A stretch of DNA of 64,000 nucleotides from Poseidonia sp. (GTDB taxonomy: Archaea; Thermoplasmatota; Poseidoniia; Poseidoniales; Poseidoniaceae). Numbering within the stretch: the stretch's first letter is position 1; each line of letters opens with the position of its first letter. Positions 49,198-57,881 of this stretch are shown here, piece by piece. The notes beneath the pieces were generated by a model, which worked only from the letters and a program-made list of their open reading frames with translations, had not been told where the DNA came from and searched no databases. Location: assembly GCA_965661285.1 (NCBI GenBank), contig CBFIDD010000005.1:75094-139093 (forward strand). The letters are read 5' to 3'. The position numbers were made by a program, and so were the translations under genes.

Positions 49198-49488
49198 TCA
49201 CTCGAGTGGTCGGAGGTGCTCTGGACGAGCGATGACGGTCTTCTGCATGTTGCCGTCTTTGACAGCGACGACCCATGCAACACCTTGGCGCTTCTTGATG
49301 AAGCCGGTGCGTCCGTTGAAGCGGCGGTGGGGCATGCCACCTTGTTGACCACCGTCGAGAACGATGGCGACGCGGTCGCCTTCCTCGTACTGGTGCATCA
49401 CGCGGCGGATGTTCAAGCGGCTGCGTTCGTTCTTTCGTCGTCGCAAAACACTGCGTGTGCCGACTCGCTGACCCTTTGAGCGCTTCAT
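49198..49488 (-). CDS. rpl21e: 50S ribosomal protein L21e
   Basis: MKRSKG...GDRV...GMPHRRFNGRTG...KDGNMQKTVIARPEHL. Confidence 0.95.
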   Translation of the reverse strand: MKRSKGQRVGTRSVLRRRKNERSRLNIRRVMHQYEEGDRVAIVLDGGQQGGMPHRRFNGRTGFIKKRQGVAWVVAVKDGNMQKTVIARPEHLRPLE

Positions 49489-49601
49489 GTTCTTCGCCTC
49501 CAATCGCTCCAATTCAGCGCAAGCGCCTCTTCGGAGCAATCTGCCGACCCACCATCCCCATATAAGCACCGCGACGGGAAGGGGCGCCCTCAAACAGGGG
49601 C

Positions 49602-51338
49602 TCAGTCGGCGTGAATGTCGCCCACGTCCAACCAAATCACGTTGCACTTGGCTTTGATGAGGGCGGCCACGGAGGGTTGGGTGCGACCGCTATCGCCGTG
49701 AATGGTCTCCTTGACGTAGGTGCCGGACTCGCATCGCAGCGTGAACTCGATCTCTCGCTGACCGTCCTCGTTGACTTCGATGAACGGGGTGTGGGCTTCA
49801 AACACCGTTCGTTTCCGGATAAGGTCAGAGCGTCGATGGGCGACACGTTCGGGTGTTCGCTGTGCCAGTTTGATGCCGTTCAACCCCTCAACGACCTTCA
49901 GAATCGTCTCGTCGTCGGGCAGGTCAAACACCGCAGGTGCGGGTGGAAGTGCGGCCAGAATGCGCTCGATGAGTTCGTCCTTCTTCCCCGACTTCGCAAG
50001 GCCGTGTTGTTCAGCCAGCGCCACCAGCTCGGCCTTTTTCATCGCCTTGAGTTCCTTTTCGCTGGGTCCGGAGGTCGGCACCTCGATGGTGGCTTCAAGC
50101 GGCTTGGTGCGGTCGGCTCTTTTGTCGCCTCGGCGTTGCCGTCGTCGCTTCTTGCTCCTGTTCTGAACGTCCTCTTTGGTCATGTCCACCGGTGCGGTCA
50201 ACACCGCGTATTCGGCCTCGTTCATCGCCTCGAGCGTGAAGCGAATGGTGTAGGATTTCTCAGCCGGCGTGTCCTTGATGCGCACGACTTCGCTGCGCGA
50301 GGAAGGACGAATGGACGAGACCTCAACCGAACCCTCGGCGGCTTCGTTAATGATTTCAGCCAATTTCTCAGCGTTGAAACTGCGCTTCTTTGGTTCTTTG
50401 ACCTCCAGCACAAAGGGCCGCCCTCGGCCCAAACATCGCACGTCGATGTCCTCTCGTCCCATGCCGTGGAACGAATGTTCCGTGCCTTGGAATATCTCCA
50501 GCATTGGGTTGCCAACGAGGTCCTGGACGCTCTTCTCGTATTGCAGGCCGGTGTGGTTGCAACGTTTGCAGCCCCGTCCTTTGCAGGCTCGGCACGGCCA
50601 ACGTGTTTGGGGAATGCCTCGCTCGAGTTTCCGGTAGCGCCCGTAGACATAGACAGCACGAACATCGAGTTCAACCGTCAACGTGAGCACGTCGATGAGC
50701 GCCAACACGTCGGGTTTGTCGCTGACCATGGTGATGCCGTCCAAGCGAGCCTGAAGGCGCTTGCCGATCTCGCCGACCAGCGAGGACTTGAGGGGGTCAG
50801 AACCGCCCGCACCGAGGCGCTTACGCAGTTTTTCTTCCGCTTCCATGTGGTCTTTGGGAAAGCGTGCACCGAGTTGCAAACGACTGATGTCGTAGGGTTC
50901 AATGGCGTCAAAGATGATGTCAGCGAGGAGGTCCACTTCTTCAAACAGGTTCTCACAAAACGGGCAGAGTGGCTCGTCTTCTCGGATATTGGCCAAATGG
51001 CTGTCCTGTTCCACCACCGAATCCCGCACACCTTTTCCGGCTTCTTCCAGCGTTTGACCGTACACCCGCTTGCCACCAACACGACCCAAACAGGCATCGC
51101 ATGTGCCCTGGCGGACCAGATGCTTGAGTCCGGCTGGGCGGGGCGCTCGAGGGATTTCCTCGACGTGGGTGCCCAGTTGCATGGCGACTTCGACCTTGTG
51201 ATCTTCGTCTTCCTCCACCGGCTCAACGTCGTCCCAGAGCGAATAATCGGTTTCACCGAACCCGGCGTTGGCGTACTTCATCCAGTCGTCGTCATCGTCG
51301 TCGATGTCCTCGGCCTTGTTGGGTTCGTTGCCTGTCAT
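49602..51338 (-). CDS. pus10: tRNA pseudouridine(54/55) synthase Pus10 with SAP-like insertion
   Basis: CDACLGR, GRYRKLERGIPQTRWPC, FHGMGREDIDVRCLGRGRPF, QRTPERVAHRR, GTYVKETIHGDSGRTQPS. Confidence 0.93.
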   Translation of the reverse strand: MTGNEPNKAEDIDDDDDDWMKYANAGFGETDYSLWDDVEPVEEDEDHKVEVAMQLGTHVEEIPRAPRPAGLKHLVRQGTCDACLGRVGGKRVYGQTLEEAGKGVRDSVVEQDSHLANIREDEPLCPFCENLFEEVDLLADIIFDAIEPYDISRLQLGARFPKDHMEAEEKLRKRLGAGGSDPLKSSLVGEIGKRLQARLDGITMVSDKPDVLALIDVLTLTVELDVRAVYVYGRYRKLERGIPQTRWPCRACKGRGCKRCNHTGLQYEKSVQDLVGNPMLEIFQGTEHSFHGMGREDIDVRCLGRGRPFVLEVKEPKKRSFNAEKLAEIINEAAEGSVEVSSIRPSSRSEVVRIKDTPAEKSYTIRFTLEAMNEAEYAVLTAPVDMTKEDVQNRSKKRRRQRRGDKRADRTKPLEATIEVPTSGPSEKELKAMKKAELVALAEQHGLAKSGKKDELIERILAALPPAPAVFDLPDDETILKVVEGLNGIKLAQRTPERVAHRRSDLIRKRTVFEAHTPFIEVNEDGQREIEFTLRCESGTYVKETIHGDSGRTQPSVAALIKAKCNVIWLDVGDIHAD

Positions 51339-51421
51339 GTCGCCACCACCTTCCCGGGGTCAACCCCAAGGACGGCAAGATGAGCGCAGGCTCAATCCTT
51401 GATGAAGTAACCGATGAAGGT

Positions 51422-52438
51422 TCATTTCCGGTCGAGGAAGGCCAACACGCCGGCCACAATGCCGAGCACACCGCCCAGCACCGTCAGCCACACGCCCATG
51501 CCGGCACTCGTATCGGTGTCCGTGTCGGGCAGCAAAAGCCACCACACCAACACGGCCAGAAGCATCAGGACGCCAGCGGCCATGCCGGCCCACTTGCCGT
51601 GCTTTTCGGCGTTGGCTGGAAGGGTGCGGCCGATGGATCCCGAAGCGAGCATGACGGTGCCCAGCAAAGCACCGATGGAACCGAGCCAGAGGACGAGGCC
51701 GCCGGTTGAACCAGCGGCGGGCGTCTCGAGGCAGGTGTCCCGAGATTCGGCGAGGTCCGCCATCAGTTCCTCATTACCCGGGCCAAATACCGCACCGATT
51801 TTGTAGACGTTTTCGCAAACATCCTCGATGTCCCCCACGATGACATCGTCGATGTCGTCGGCCGTGAGGTTCTCAGCGGAGGCCTCTTCTATGTCTTCGG
51901 CATAAAGTGTGTACGCCGCCACCTTGCATTGGTCCACCGCAGCCTCCTTTGATACGTTGAGGCTCAAGTCGCCTTCTACCATGCTGCAGTCCACGCGAAC
52001 CGTCGTGAGGCCGAAACTGCTGCCCTCGTCTTCGTTGTTGACGATCCACGCATGACTGAACTGCCCCGCCATCGACAGGAGCAGCGCGAACACGATGCAC
52101 GCCACAGCGCCCCACATCATCGGCGTCGTGCCGCCCCCGGGAAGCGGGGTGGCGGTCATGGGTGCATAGGCGCTGGGTGCTGCAGCGGCAGGTGCTGCGA
52201 CAGCCGGAGCTGCGGCGACGGGAGCAGCGGCCACGGGAGCGGCCGCCACGGCGGGTTGGACCTCGGGTTGAACCGCAGGAACGGCTTGCTGGGAGACGGG
52301 CGCCGCCACGGGCGCGGCGAGTGGCTCGGCAACACCGGGGATGAAATCAGGGTAGTGTTGACGGGTGTAAGCGAGAGCGTTTTCAGGCGTATGGCCCATA
52401 CCGAGGACTTGGTTGTAGTAGTCTTGAGCGGCTGACAT
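51422..52438 (-). CDS. Four-TM membrane protein with claudin/PMP22-like layout and Ala/Pro-rich N-terminal linker
   Basis: Start MSAAQDYYNQ; TM1-W...FGL...Cys-containing loop, TM2, TM3, GMGVWLTVLGGVLGIVAGVL TM4. Confidence 0.65.
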   Translation of the reverse strand: MSAAQDYYNQVLGMGHTPENALAYTRQHYPDFIPGVAEPLAAPVAAPVSQQAVPAVQPEVQPAVAAAPVAAAPVAAAPAVAAPAAAAPSAYAPMTATPLPGGGTTPMMWGAVACIVFALLLSMAGQFSHAWIVNNEDEGSSFGLTTVRVDCSMVEGDLSLNVSKEAAVDQCKVAAYTLYAEDIEEASAENLTADDIDDVIVGDIEDVCENVYKIGAVFGPGNEELMADLAESRDTCLETPAAGSTGGLVLWLGSIGALLGTVMLASGSIGRTLPANAEKHGKWAGMAAGVLMLLAVLVWWLLLPDTDTDTSAGMGVWLTVLGGVLGIVAGVLAFLDRK

Positions 52439-52482
52439 CGGCGATGTCTTGGCTCGGGTGCTTGATGATGTTTTCTCCGATT

Positions 52483-55400
52483 TTAGGCCTCTTCGTCCGC
52501 TGAAGTGGCCGGAGTGCCCGCTGCATGAACAGCGGTGGCCGAGGCGAGGTCGGGAGCGGTGATGTTGTCGGCCGGCGTGCTGATGAGGCCGAGGGCGGCG
52601 GTGGTCAGCACGAGGCTGGCGAACAGGGAAAGGGCGATCATCGCCGCCGAGAAGATGCCGAAGTTGGCAAAGAGTCCCATCGGCGAGAGGGCGATGACGA
52701 GGAAGCCGGCAATGTCCGAGGTGGCCGAACCGAGCAGCGCCAAACCGCACGCACCGCCCACGGCAGCGAGCGCGTCGTTGTGGGTCTCACCGTTTTCTCT
52801 TCCTTCGCGATACCGTTCAGTGACGTGAATACAGTAGTCGATGCCCACGCCCAGCGAGATGGTCGCGATGGTGACGGTGACGATGTTGAGCGACGCCCCG
52901 GCGACGTACATCAGGCCGTAGAGCCACACGACGACGAGGAAAATCGGGACGAAGGTGACGACCGCTTGTTTGGGGGAGCGGAAACCGATGGTCAGGGAGC
53001 CGAGCACGAACACCGAACCGAGCACCAGCGAGGATTGCATCTCGTCTTGCATGGCCGTGGAGGCCGTGAATCGGGTGATGGGCCGACCGGTCAACATGAC
53101 CCACGTCAGCGGTTTGTCGTCTTCCTTCTCGCCTTCTGCTTCGTAGGTGCCGCTGGAGAGGTTGGTGAAGACCTCCAAGTCTCGCCACACTTCAGCCACG
53201 CCACCCTGCATGCCGGGGAAGTCTTCGGGCTGGGTCATGCCAAAGCGAATCTGCATCATGCCGTAGGCCGCATCCTCGCCGTTCACATCCAGCCACGGGC
53301 GGTCGGGGTCGAGGTCAACCACGGGCATGATGTAGAGCTGGACGATGCTGGCGGGAATGTCGGGAATCGGCCCGACGCCGGGCACGCCGTAAAGCGACAG
53401 GAAACCGTAGAAGAACGCCAAGCATTCACGGTCGGTCGTGTCCACCAACGGGCCGTTGCCGGCCAGTGAGCAGTTCATGCCAAAGCCGTCCACGTCGGGC
53501 TGCCAGCCGGCCGCTTCGAACGGCGTGCTGTCGAGCACGAGGCTGCCTTGGGCGGCGAACACCATCTCGTCGAGGGCGAGGATGTCAATCGTGCCGTCGG
53601 GCTGTCGGGTGATCTTGTCGGGCACGCCTTCGGGCAGGGCGTCCATGTCCTGGCGGAACTCGTCGATGGCAGCAAACACCCTCGGGTCGAGCACGTCGCC
53701 CAGAATCAGCAGGTTCGCCGGCTCGCCTTCGTCGGCGAATCGCTCGGCGATTTCGTCCACGCCGATGGCGAAGTCCGAACGCTCGTCGAGGAAATCTTCC
53801 ACGGCGAAGTCGCCTTCCAGACTGGCCATGCCCATGGCGGCGGGCACGGTCACCAGCACGGCGATGAGGGCGATGAGGGCCGCAGGTTTTCGTTGGCCCG
53901 AGCCGTAGGTTACCTGCTTGAGCCAGTCGGGGTTGACCAGCGATTTGATTTCACCCTGCTCTTTTTTGTTCTGGCGTGCTTCCAACCAGTCGTCCACACT
54001 GACCCGAATCAGCGGCGCCCACAATCCGGTGAGGATGAAAGCTGCCAGGACGCCAAGCGCCGCTTCAATGCCGAAGGAGCGCAGGGCGGCGATGTCGCTG
54101 AACAGGTTGGCGGCAAAGGCCGACATGGTCGTCAGTGACGTGAGGGTGATGGCCCGGCCGACACGGGACACGGTGATGCTGCCTGCCTCCTCCGAAGTCT
54201 TGCCGTTGGCGCGCTCTTCCTTGTAGCGATGCAGCGCGTGCAAGGAGTCGTCAATGCCCAGCGCCAGCACGAGGATGGGCAATAAATTCGAGAATTGTGA
54301 ACGGGCGATCAGGCTCAAGCCAAACCATCCGGTGATGTTGGCGAAATGACCGATGAGGCCCTGCATCCACAGCAGCGCAGCGCCCAGAGCGAACATGACG
54401 ATGGCCACGTCCGACCAGCGGCGCAGACTGACGTAGAGGAGCACGACGATGGCCAGCCCCATCATGGCGATGAGACCCGCACTGGACTGCAGTTCCCGAT
54501 TCACTTCCACGTTCACGCCTTGGCCCAACAGCAGGGTGACGGTGGTGCGGTCGTGGGAGCGCAAGTGGCCTTCGAGGTCCATGTAGGTCCATTCGGTGGC
54601 GCAACCGGCCCCTTCGGCCTGAAGTTCCAGGCATGCCTCTTCGGTGTATTGCGGAGGATGGAGCACCAACTGTCCGTCCGCCAGACGGTAGCCGCCGACT
54701 CGGAAACCTTCGTCGGTGAACTGAATCTCTTTTTCTTGGTGCGCGTCCTTCCAAACGACTTCCCAACCCATCTCTTCCAACTTCGTGCTGTCGAGTTGCA
54801 CCAGCAGCCAGGTGGAGGAACCGGTCCAGCGACCCTTGCCCCACAGGGCCCCTTCCCACGTCCCGTTGGAAAGCAACTTCCCGTAAATCGGGCCTTCTTG
54901 GTGGGCGGTGTAGTCGGCTTTGAAGCCGCGGTCAAGGGAGAGCCAGCGCAGGAAATTATTGTCCGAGGCTTCGGCCATGCGGGCCGCCGCCATGTCGATG
55001 TGAGCCTGGGTGATGTTGGCGTCGTCAAATTCCAAACAGTCGAGCGGGAAACAATCCGTCCAGTTGGTCGGAGGCTCGGTGACGACGCCCAGCGGCGTGA
55101 GGCCGGGCTGGGTGAGGATGGACGTGTTGTTCATGAAGCCGCGGAAGTGGTCGGAAAGCGAGATGGCACCGTTGGACTGATGGCCGGTCACGTCGTTCAC
55201 GAGCGGCTTGAGTGCGGGCGCCAGCGGATGTTCGAGCACGAGGTTGAGTTTCGTGTCCAACTCCTGGAGCACGGTCAGGTTGAGAATGCCACCCGTCGGG
55301 GCGTCAACCCCCGCCCACGGTTCGCCGGCCGGGGCCATTTCGGAAGGATGGGGCAGCGAAGCGTAGTCGGGCGAACCGTCGGCCATGCGGGGCACGGGTT

Positions 55401-55665
55401 GCCAGTCGTCTACGGCGGGCACGCGGTCGGGGTCGCGCGTCGAGACGAGGAACCCGAGGATGATTTCGGAGTTCGGGAACTCCTCGTTCACGATGGTTTG
55501 CGCCGTCAATTCGGGCGATTCCATCTCGTAGGATTCCATGTCGATGGGCTGGAGGGCCATCATGGCGCCTGGAATCATCAGCAGCGTGAGCAGCACGACG
55601 GCGACGTGGGCGCCTCGCTTGCGAGGCAAGAGCCACGCAGCGATACGGTCGTAGCGACGGCTCAT
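52483..55665 (-). CDS. MMPL/RND family transporter
   Basis: LALGIDDSLHALHRYKEE and LGVGIDYCIHVTERYREG; two 6-TM halves with large extracellular loops. Confidence 0.92.
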   Translation of the reverse strand: MSRRYDRIAAWLLPRKRGAHVAVVLLTLLMIPGAMMALQPIDMESYEMESPELTAQTIVNEEFPNSEIILGFLVSTRDPDRVPAVDDWQPVPRMADGSPDYASLPHPSEMAPAGEPWAGVDAPTGGILNLTVLQELDTKLNLVLEHPLAPALKPLVNDVTGHQSNGAISLSDHFRGFMNNTSILTQPGLTPLGVVTEPPTNWTDCFPLDCLEFDDANITQAHIDMAAARMAEASDNNFLRWLSLDRGFKADYTAHQEGPIYGKLLSNGTWEGALWGKGRWTGSSTWLLVQLDSTKLEEMGWEVVWKDAHQEKEIQFTDEGFRVGGYRLADGQLVLHPPQYTEEACLELQAEGAGCATEWTYMDLEGHLRSHDRTTVTLLLGQGVNVEVNRELQSSAGLIAMMGLAIVVLLYVSLRRWSDVAIVMFALGAALLWMQGLIGHFANITGWFGLSLIARSQFSNLLPILVLALGIDDSLHALHRYKEERANGKTSEEAGSITVSRVGRAITLTSLTTMSAFAANLFSDIAALRSFGIEAALGVLAAFILTGLWAPLIRVSVDDWLEARQNKKEQGEIKSLVNPDWLKQVTYGSGQRKPAALIALIAVLVTVPAAMGMASLEGDFAVEDFLDERSDFAIGVDEIAERFADEGEPANLLILGDVLDPRVFAAIDEFRQDMDALPEGVPDKITRQPDGTIDILALDEMVFAAQGSLVLDSTPFEAAGWQPDVDGFGMNCSLAGNGPLVDTTDRECLAFFYGFLSLYGVPGVGPIPDIPASIVQLYIMPVVDLDPDRPWLDVNGEDAAYGMMQIRFGMTQPEDFPGMQGGVAEVWRDLEVFTNLSSGTYEAEGEKEDDKPLTWVMLTGRPITRFTASTAMQDEMQSSLVLGSVFVLGSLTIGFRSPKQAVVTFVPIFLVVVWLYGLMYVAGASLNIVTVTIATISLGVGIDYCIHVTERYREGRENGETHNDALAAVGGACGLALLGSATSDIAGFLVIALSPMGLFANFGIFSAAMIALSLFASLVLTTAALGLISTPADNITAPDLASATAVHAAGTPATSADEEA

Positions 55666-55825
55666 GCTCCCCACCCTGAGCCACCGCCTTTTGAAGGAAT
55701 GTTTCCCTCTCTTTTCCTTTCACAGACCAAGAGAATCTCCTCTGTTGAGGCGTCGCTGTGTTCGCGAATATCGGCGAACCGCTTATGAACATGAGATTTG
55801 AGCCCTTGCTAGGGAAGGATGTGTT

Positions 55826-57127
55826 TTGACCATCATCGAAGACATCATCGACCAGGCCAACGGACTGGACACGTGGGCGCAGTATGCGCTTGGTCTTGGT
55901 CTCACGGCGCTCTCCTTACTCATCGTTCGCTTCTTGATGCAAAAGGTCATTCTCGACTTCGTCAAAGCGACCTCGTTCAAGTGGGACGACGCCCTCTACC
56001 GTCCGGCCACGCAGCGCCTCTACACCTTCATTCTCCTCGTCGGTGTCCAGCTCACTTTGCTGTGGATTCGCGGCGATGAGGACGACCTCAACGTCGCCCT
56101 TGACCCGCTGTTTAGCGCAGCCTACATCCTGCTGACGACATCGTTGGCCAGCGTGGCCGTCAAGGTCATGATTCCCGTCATCATCGAACGCTTCTCCAAC
56201 CCGTCTTCGGTCACCGTTTCGGGAAGCAATTCGCTGGTCATCTTCCTTCTGCGAGCCGCTATTTGGTTCGGCGGTCTTTACCTCGCACTGGACGAACTCG
56301 GCTTCGAGTTGGTCGGACTTCTTGCCTCTCTCGCAGTCTTCTCGCTCATCATCGGATTGGCGATGCAACAAACACTCGGGAACATTGTGAATTCCTTCAT
56401 GCTCGCCCTTGACCAACCCTTTGAAGTCGGAGATCGCATTGAGGTCGATGGCCATCTTGGGTCGGTCGTCTCTGTTGGCATTCTCTCGACAAAAGTGCTG
56501 ACCATCGGCGAGAACCTTGTCGTCATCCCGAACAACAACCTCGTGAACTCGACCGTCATCAACCACGCCCGTGGCGGTGGCGACGGTCAGGGCCGCCGCA
56601 TCTCGCTCGTGCTTGACATCGGCGTGGAATACGATGAGGACATCTCCCACGTCAAGTACACCGTGCTACAGCTGATGCGAGAATGCCCTTACATTATTGA
56701 TGTACCCGAACCACGCGTTCTGCTCAATGAACTTGGGGACTTTGCGAAAATCTTCCGAATGTATGGATGGGTTGAGGACTATTCAGACGAGTTCGTGGCC
56801 AAGGATTGGCTCTACAAAAACATCGCAGAATCCTTTGCGAAGGAAGGTATTGGAATACCATTCCCAACCGCAGTGGAAATCGCATCAGACCATCGAGAAT
56901 CCTACAACAAGCAGCGCAAGGCCACGAATGTGCGCCGCGCACGCTTGCAGATGATCAAGGAAGACAAAGCCTTGGAACGAGAGAGGGCCGAAGCCAAGTG
57001 GGAGATTGAAGCCATTACTGAGCGCCTCAAAGACCCAGAGCTTGAACGCAAGGAAAAGGCTGCTCTTGAAGACTCTCTGAGGGAACTTAACCGTGTTTTG
57101 AGCATGTTTGAAGCTGGAGACAATTGA
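55826..57127 (+). CDS. Small-conductance mechanosensitive channel (MscS family)
   Basis: IGLAMQQTLGN, PFEVGDRIEV, VVIPNNNL, IGVEYD, GIGIPFP; C-terminal coiled coil. Confidence 0.92.
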   Translation: MTIIEDIIDQANGLDTWAQYALGLGLTALSLLIVRFLMQKVILDFVKATSFKWDDALYRPATQRLYTFILLVGVQLTLLWIRGDEDDLNVALDPLFSAAYILLTTSLASVAVKVMIPVIIERFSNPSSVTVSGSNSLVIFLLRAAIWFGGLYLALDELGFELVGLLASLAVFSLIIGLAMQQTLGNIVNSFMLALDQPFEVGDRIEVDGHLGSVVSVGILSTKVLTIGENLVVIPNNNLVNSTVINHARGGGDGQGRRISLVLDIGVEYDEDISHVKYTVLQLMRECPYIIDVPEPRVLLNELGDFAKIFRMYGWVEDYSDEFVAKDWLYKNIAESFAKEGIGIPFPTAVEIASDHRESYNKQRKATNVRRARLQMIKEDKALERERAEAKWEIEAITERLKDPELERKEKAALEDSLRELNRVLSMFEAGDN

Positions 57128-57156
57128 GCCTTTGCGCTCACAGGATTTACATAGAA

Positions 57157-57174
57157 CAAACCGTTCATGATAGG
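57157..57174. repeat. Left arm of 18-bp inverted repeat flanking the HTH gene
   Basis: CAAACCGTTCATGATAGG; 17/18 identical to the reverse complement of 57832-57849. Confidence 0.8.
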
Positions 57175-57176
57175 TC

Positions 57177-57824
57177 ATGGGCGCCGTTGATTTACGCTAT
57201 ATGCAAGTGACACTTACTCTTGAGGAAGGTGCTCACCTTCCAGGTATTAGCTTGACTAACGACTTCCTGAAGGTTGAATACTTGACCAAAATAGGTTATG
57301 ATGGTAAAGGGATGCATGCTATCATTCAACTGGAATATGAAGATCCCAAGGTTCTCAATAAGCCACAGGGAGCCTATGAGATCATACGCATTCTTGAACA
57401 ATCATCAACTGCTGCACTTTGTGAAATCATTGCCACAGGTCCCCTAGCGAAGGCCTTTTCTACACTCGAACATGCTTGGTGGGTTCCACCGACGTATGTT
57501 CATCAAACTGGGATGTTGATTACCATTTGTGGGACCAAGGATGCGCTCAAAAATGCTCGTAGGGTCCTATCCGAGATTGTTGGAGACAACTTCAAAATGA
57601 AATTGGGGGGGGAATCACTATACAATCCCGAGTTCATCGACTTGCTACCAAAACGTCAACGATTGGTATTGGATAAAGCAATTGAATTGGGCTATTACGA
57701 TCGCCCAAGAGGGTGTACGCAACGCCAAATAGCCGACTCACTTGATATCAAACAGGCTACGGTCAGCGAGCATTTACAGTCTGCAGAAGCGACCATCATC
57801 CGCGCCTTCACAACCGAAGTTTGA
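57177..57824 (+). CDS. HTH-10 (bacterio-opsin activator-type) transcriptional regulator
   Basis: LPKRQRLVLDKAIELGYYDRPRGCTQRQIADSLDIKQATVSEHLQSAE. Confidence 0.9.
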   Translation: MGAVDLRYMQVTLTLEEGAHLPGISLTNDFLKVEYLTKIGYDGKGMHAIIQLEYEDPKVLNKPQGAYEIIRILEQSSTAALCEIIATGPLAKAFSTLEHAWWVPPTYVHQTGMLITICGTKDALKNARRVLSEIVGDNFKMKLGGESLYNPEFIDLLPKRQRLVLDKAIELGYYDRPRGCTQRQIADSLDIKQATVSEHLQSAEATIIRAFTTEV

Positions 57825-57831
57825 ACCACAC

Positions 57832-57849
57832 CCTATCATAAACGGTTTG
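57832..57849. repeat. Right arm of 18-bp inverted repeat flanking the HTH gene
   Basis: CCTATCATAAACGGTTTG (reverse complement CAAACCGTTTATGATAGG). Confidence 0.8.
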
Positions 57850-57881
57850 ACCCATTAACACCTAAACTCCTATGCCGTAGC

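Noticed and set aside
45334-55788. Long plus-strand ORFs 45334-47010, 49611-51383, 52525-53469, 54346-55788
   Set aside because: Antisense to clearly identified minus-strand genes, with no motifs.
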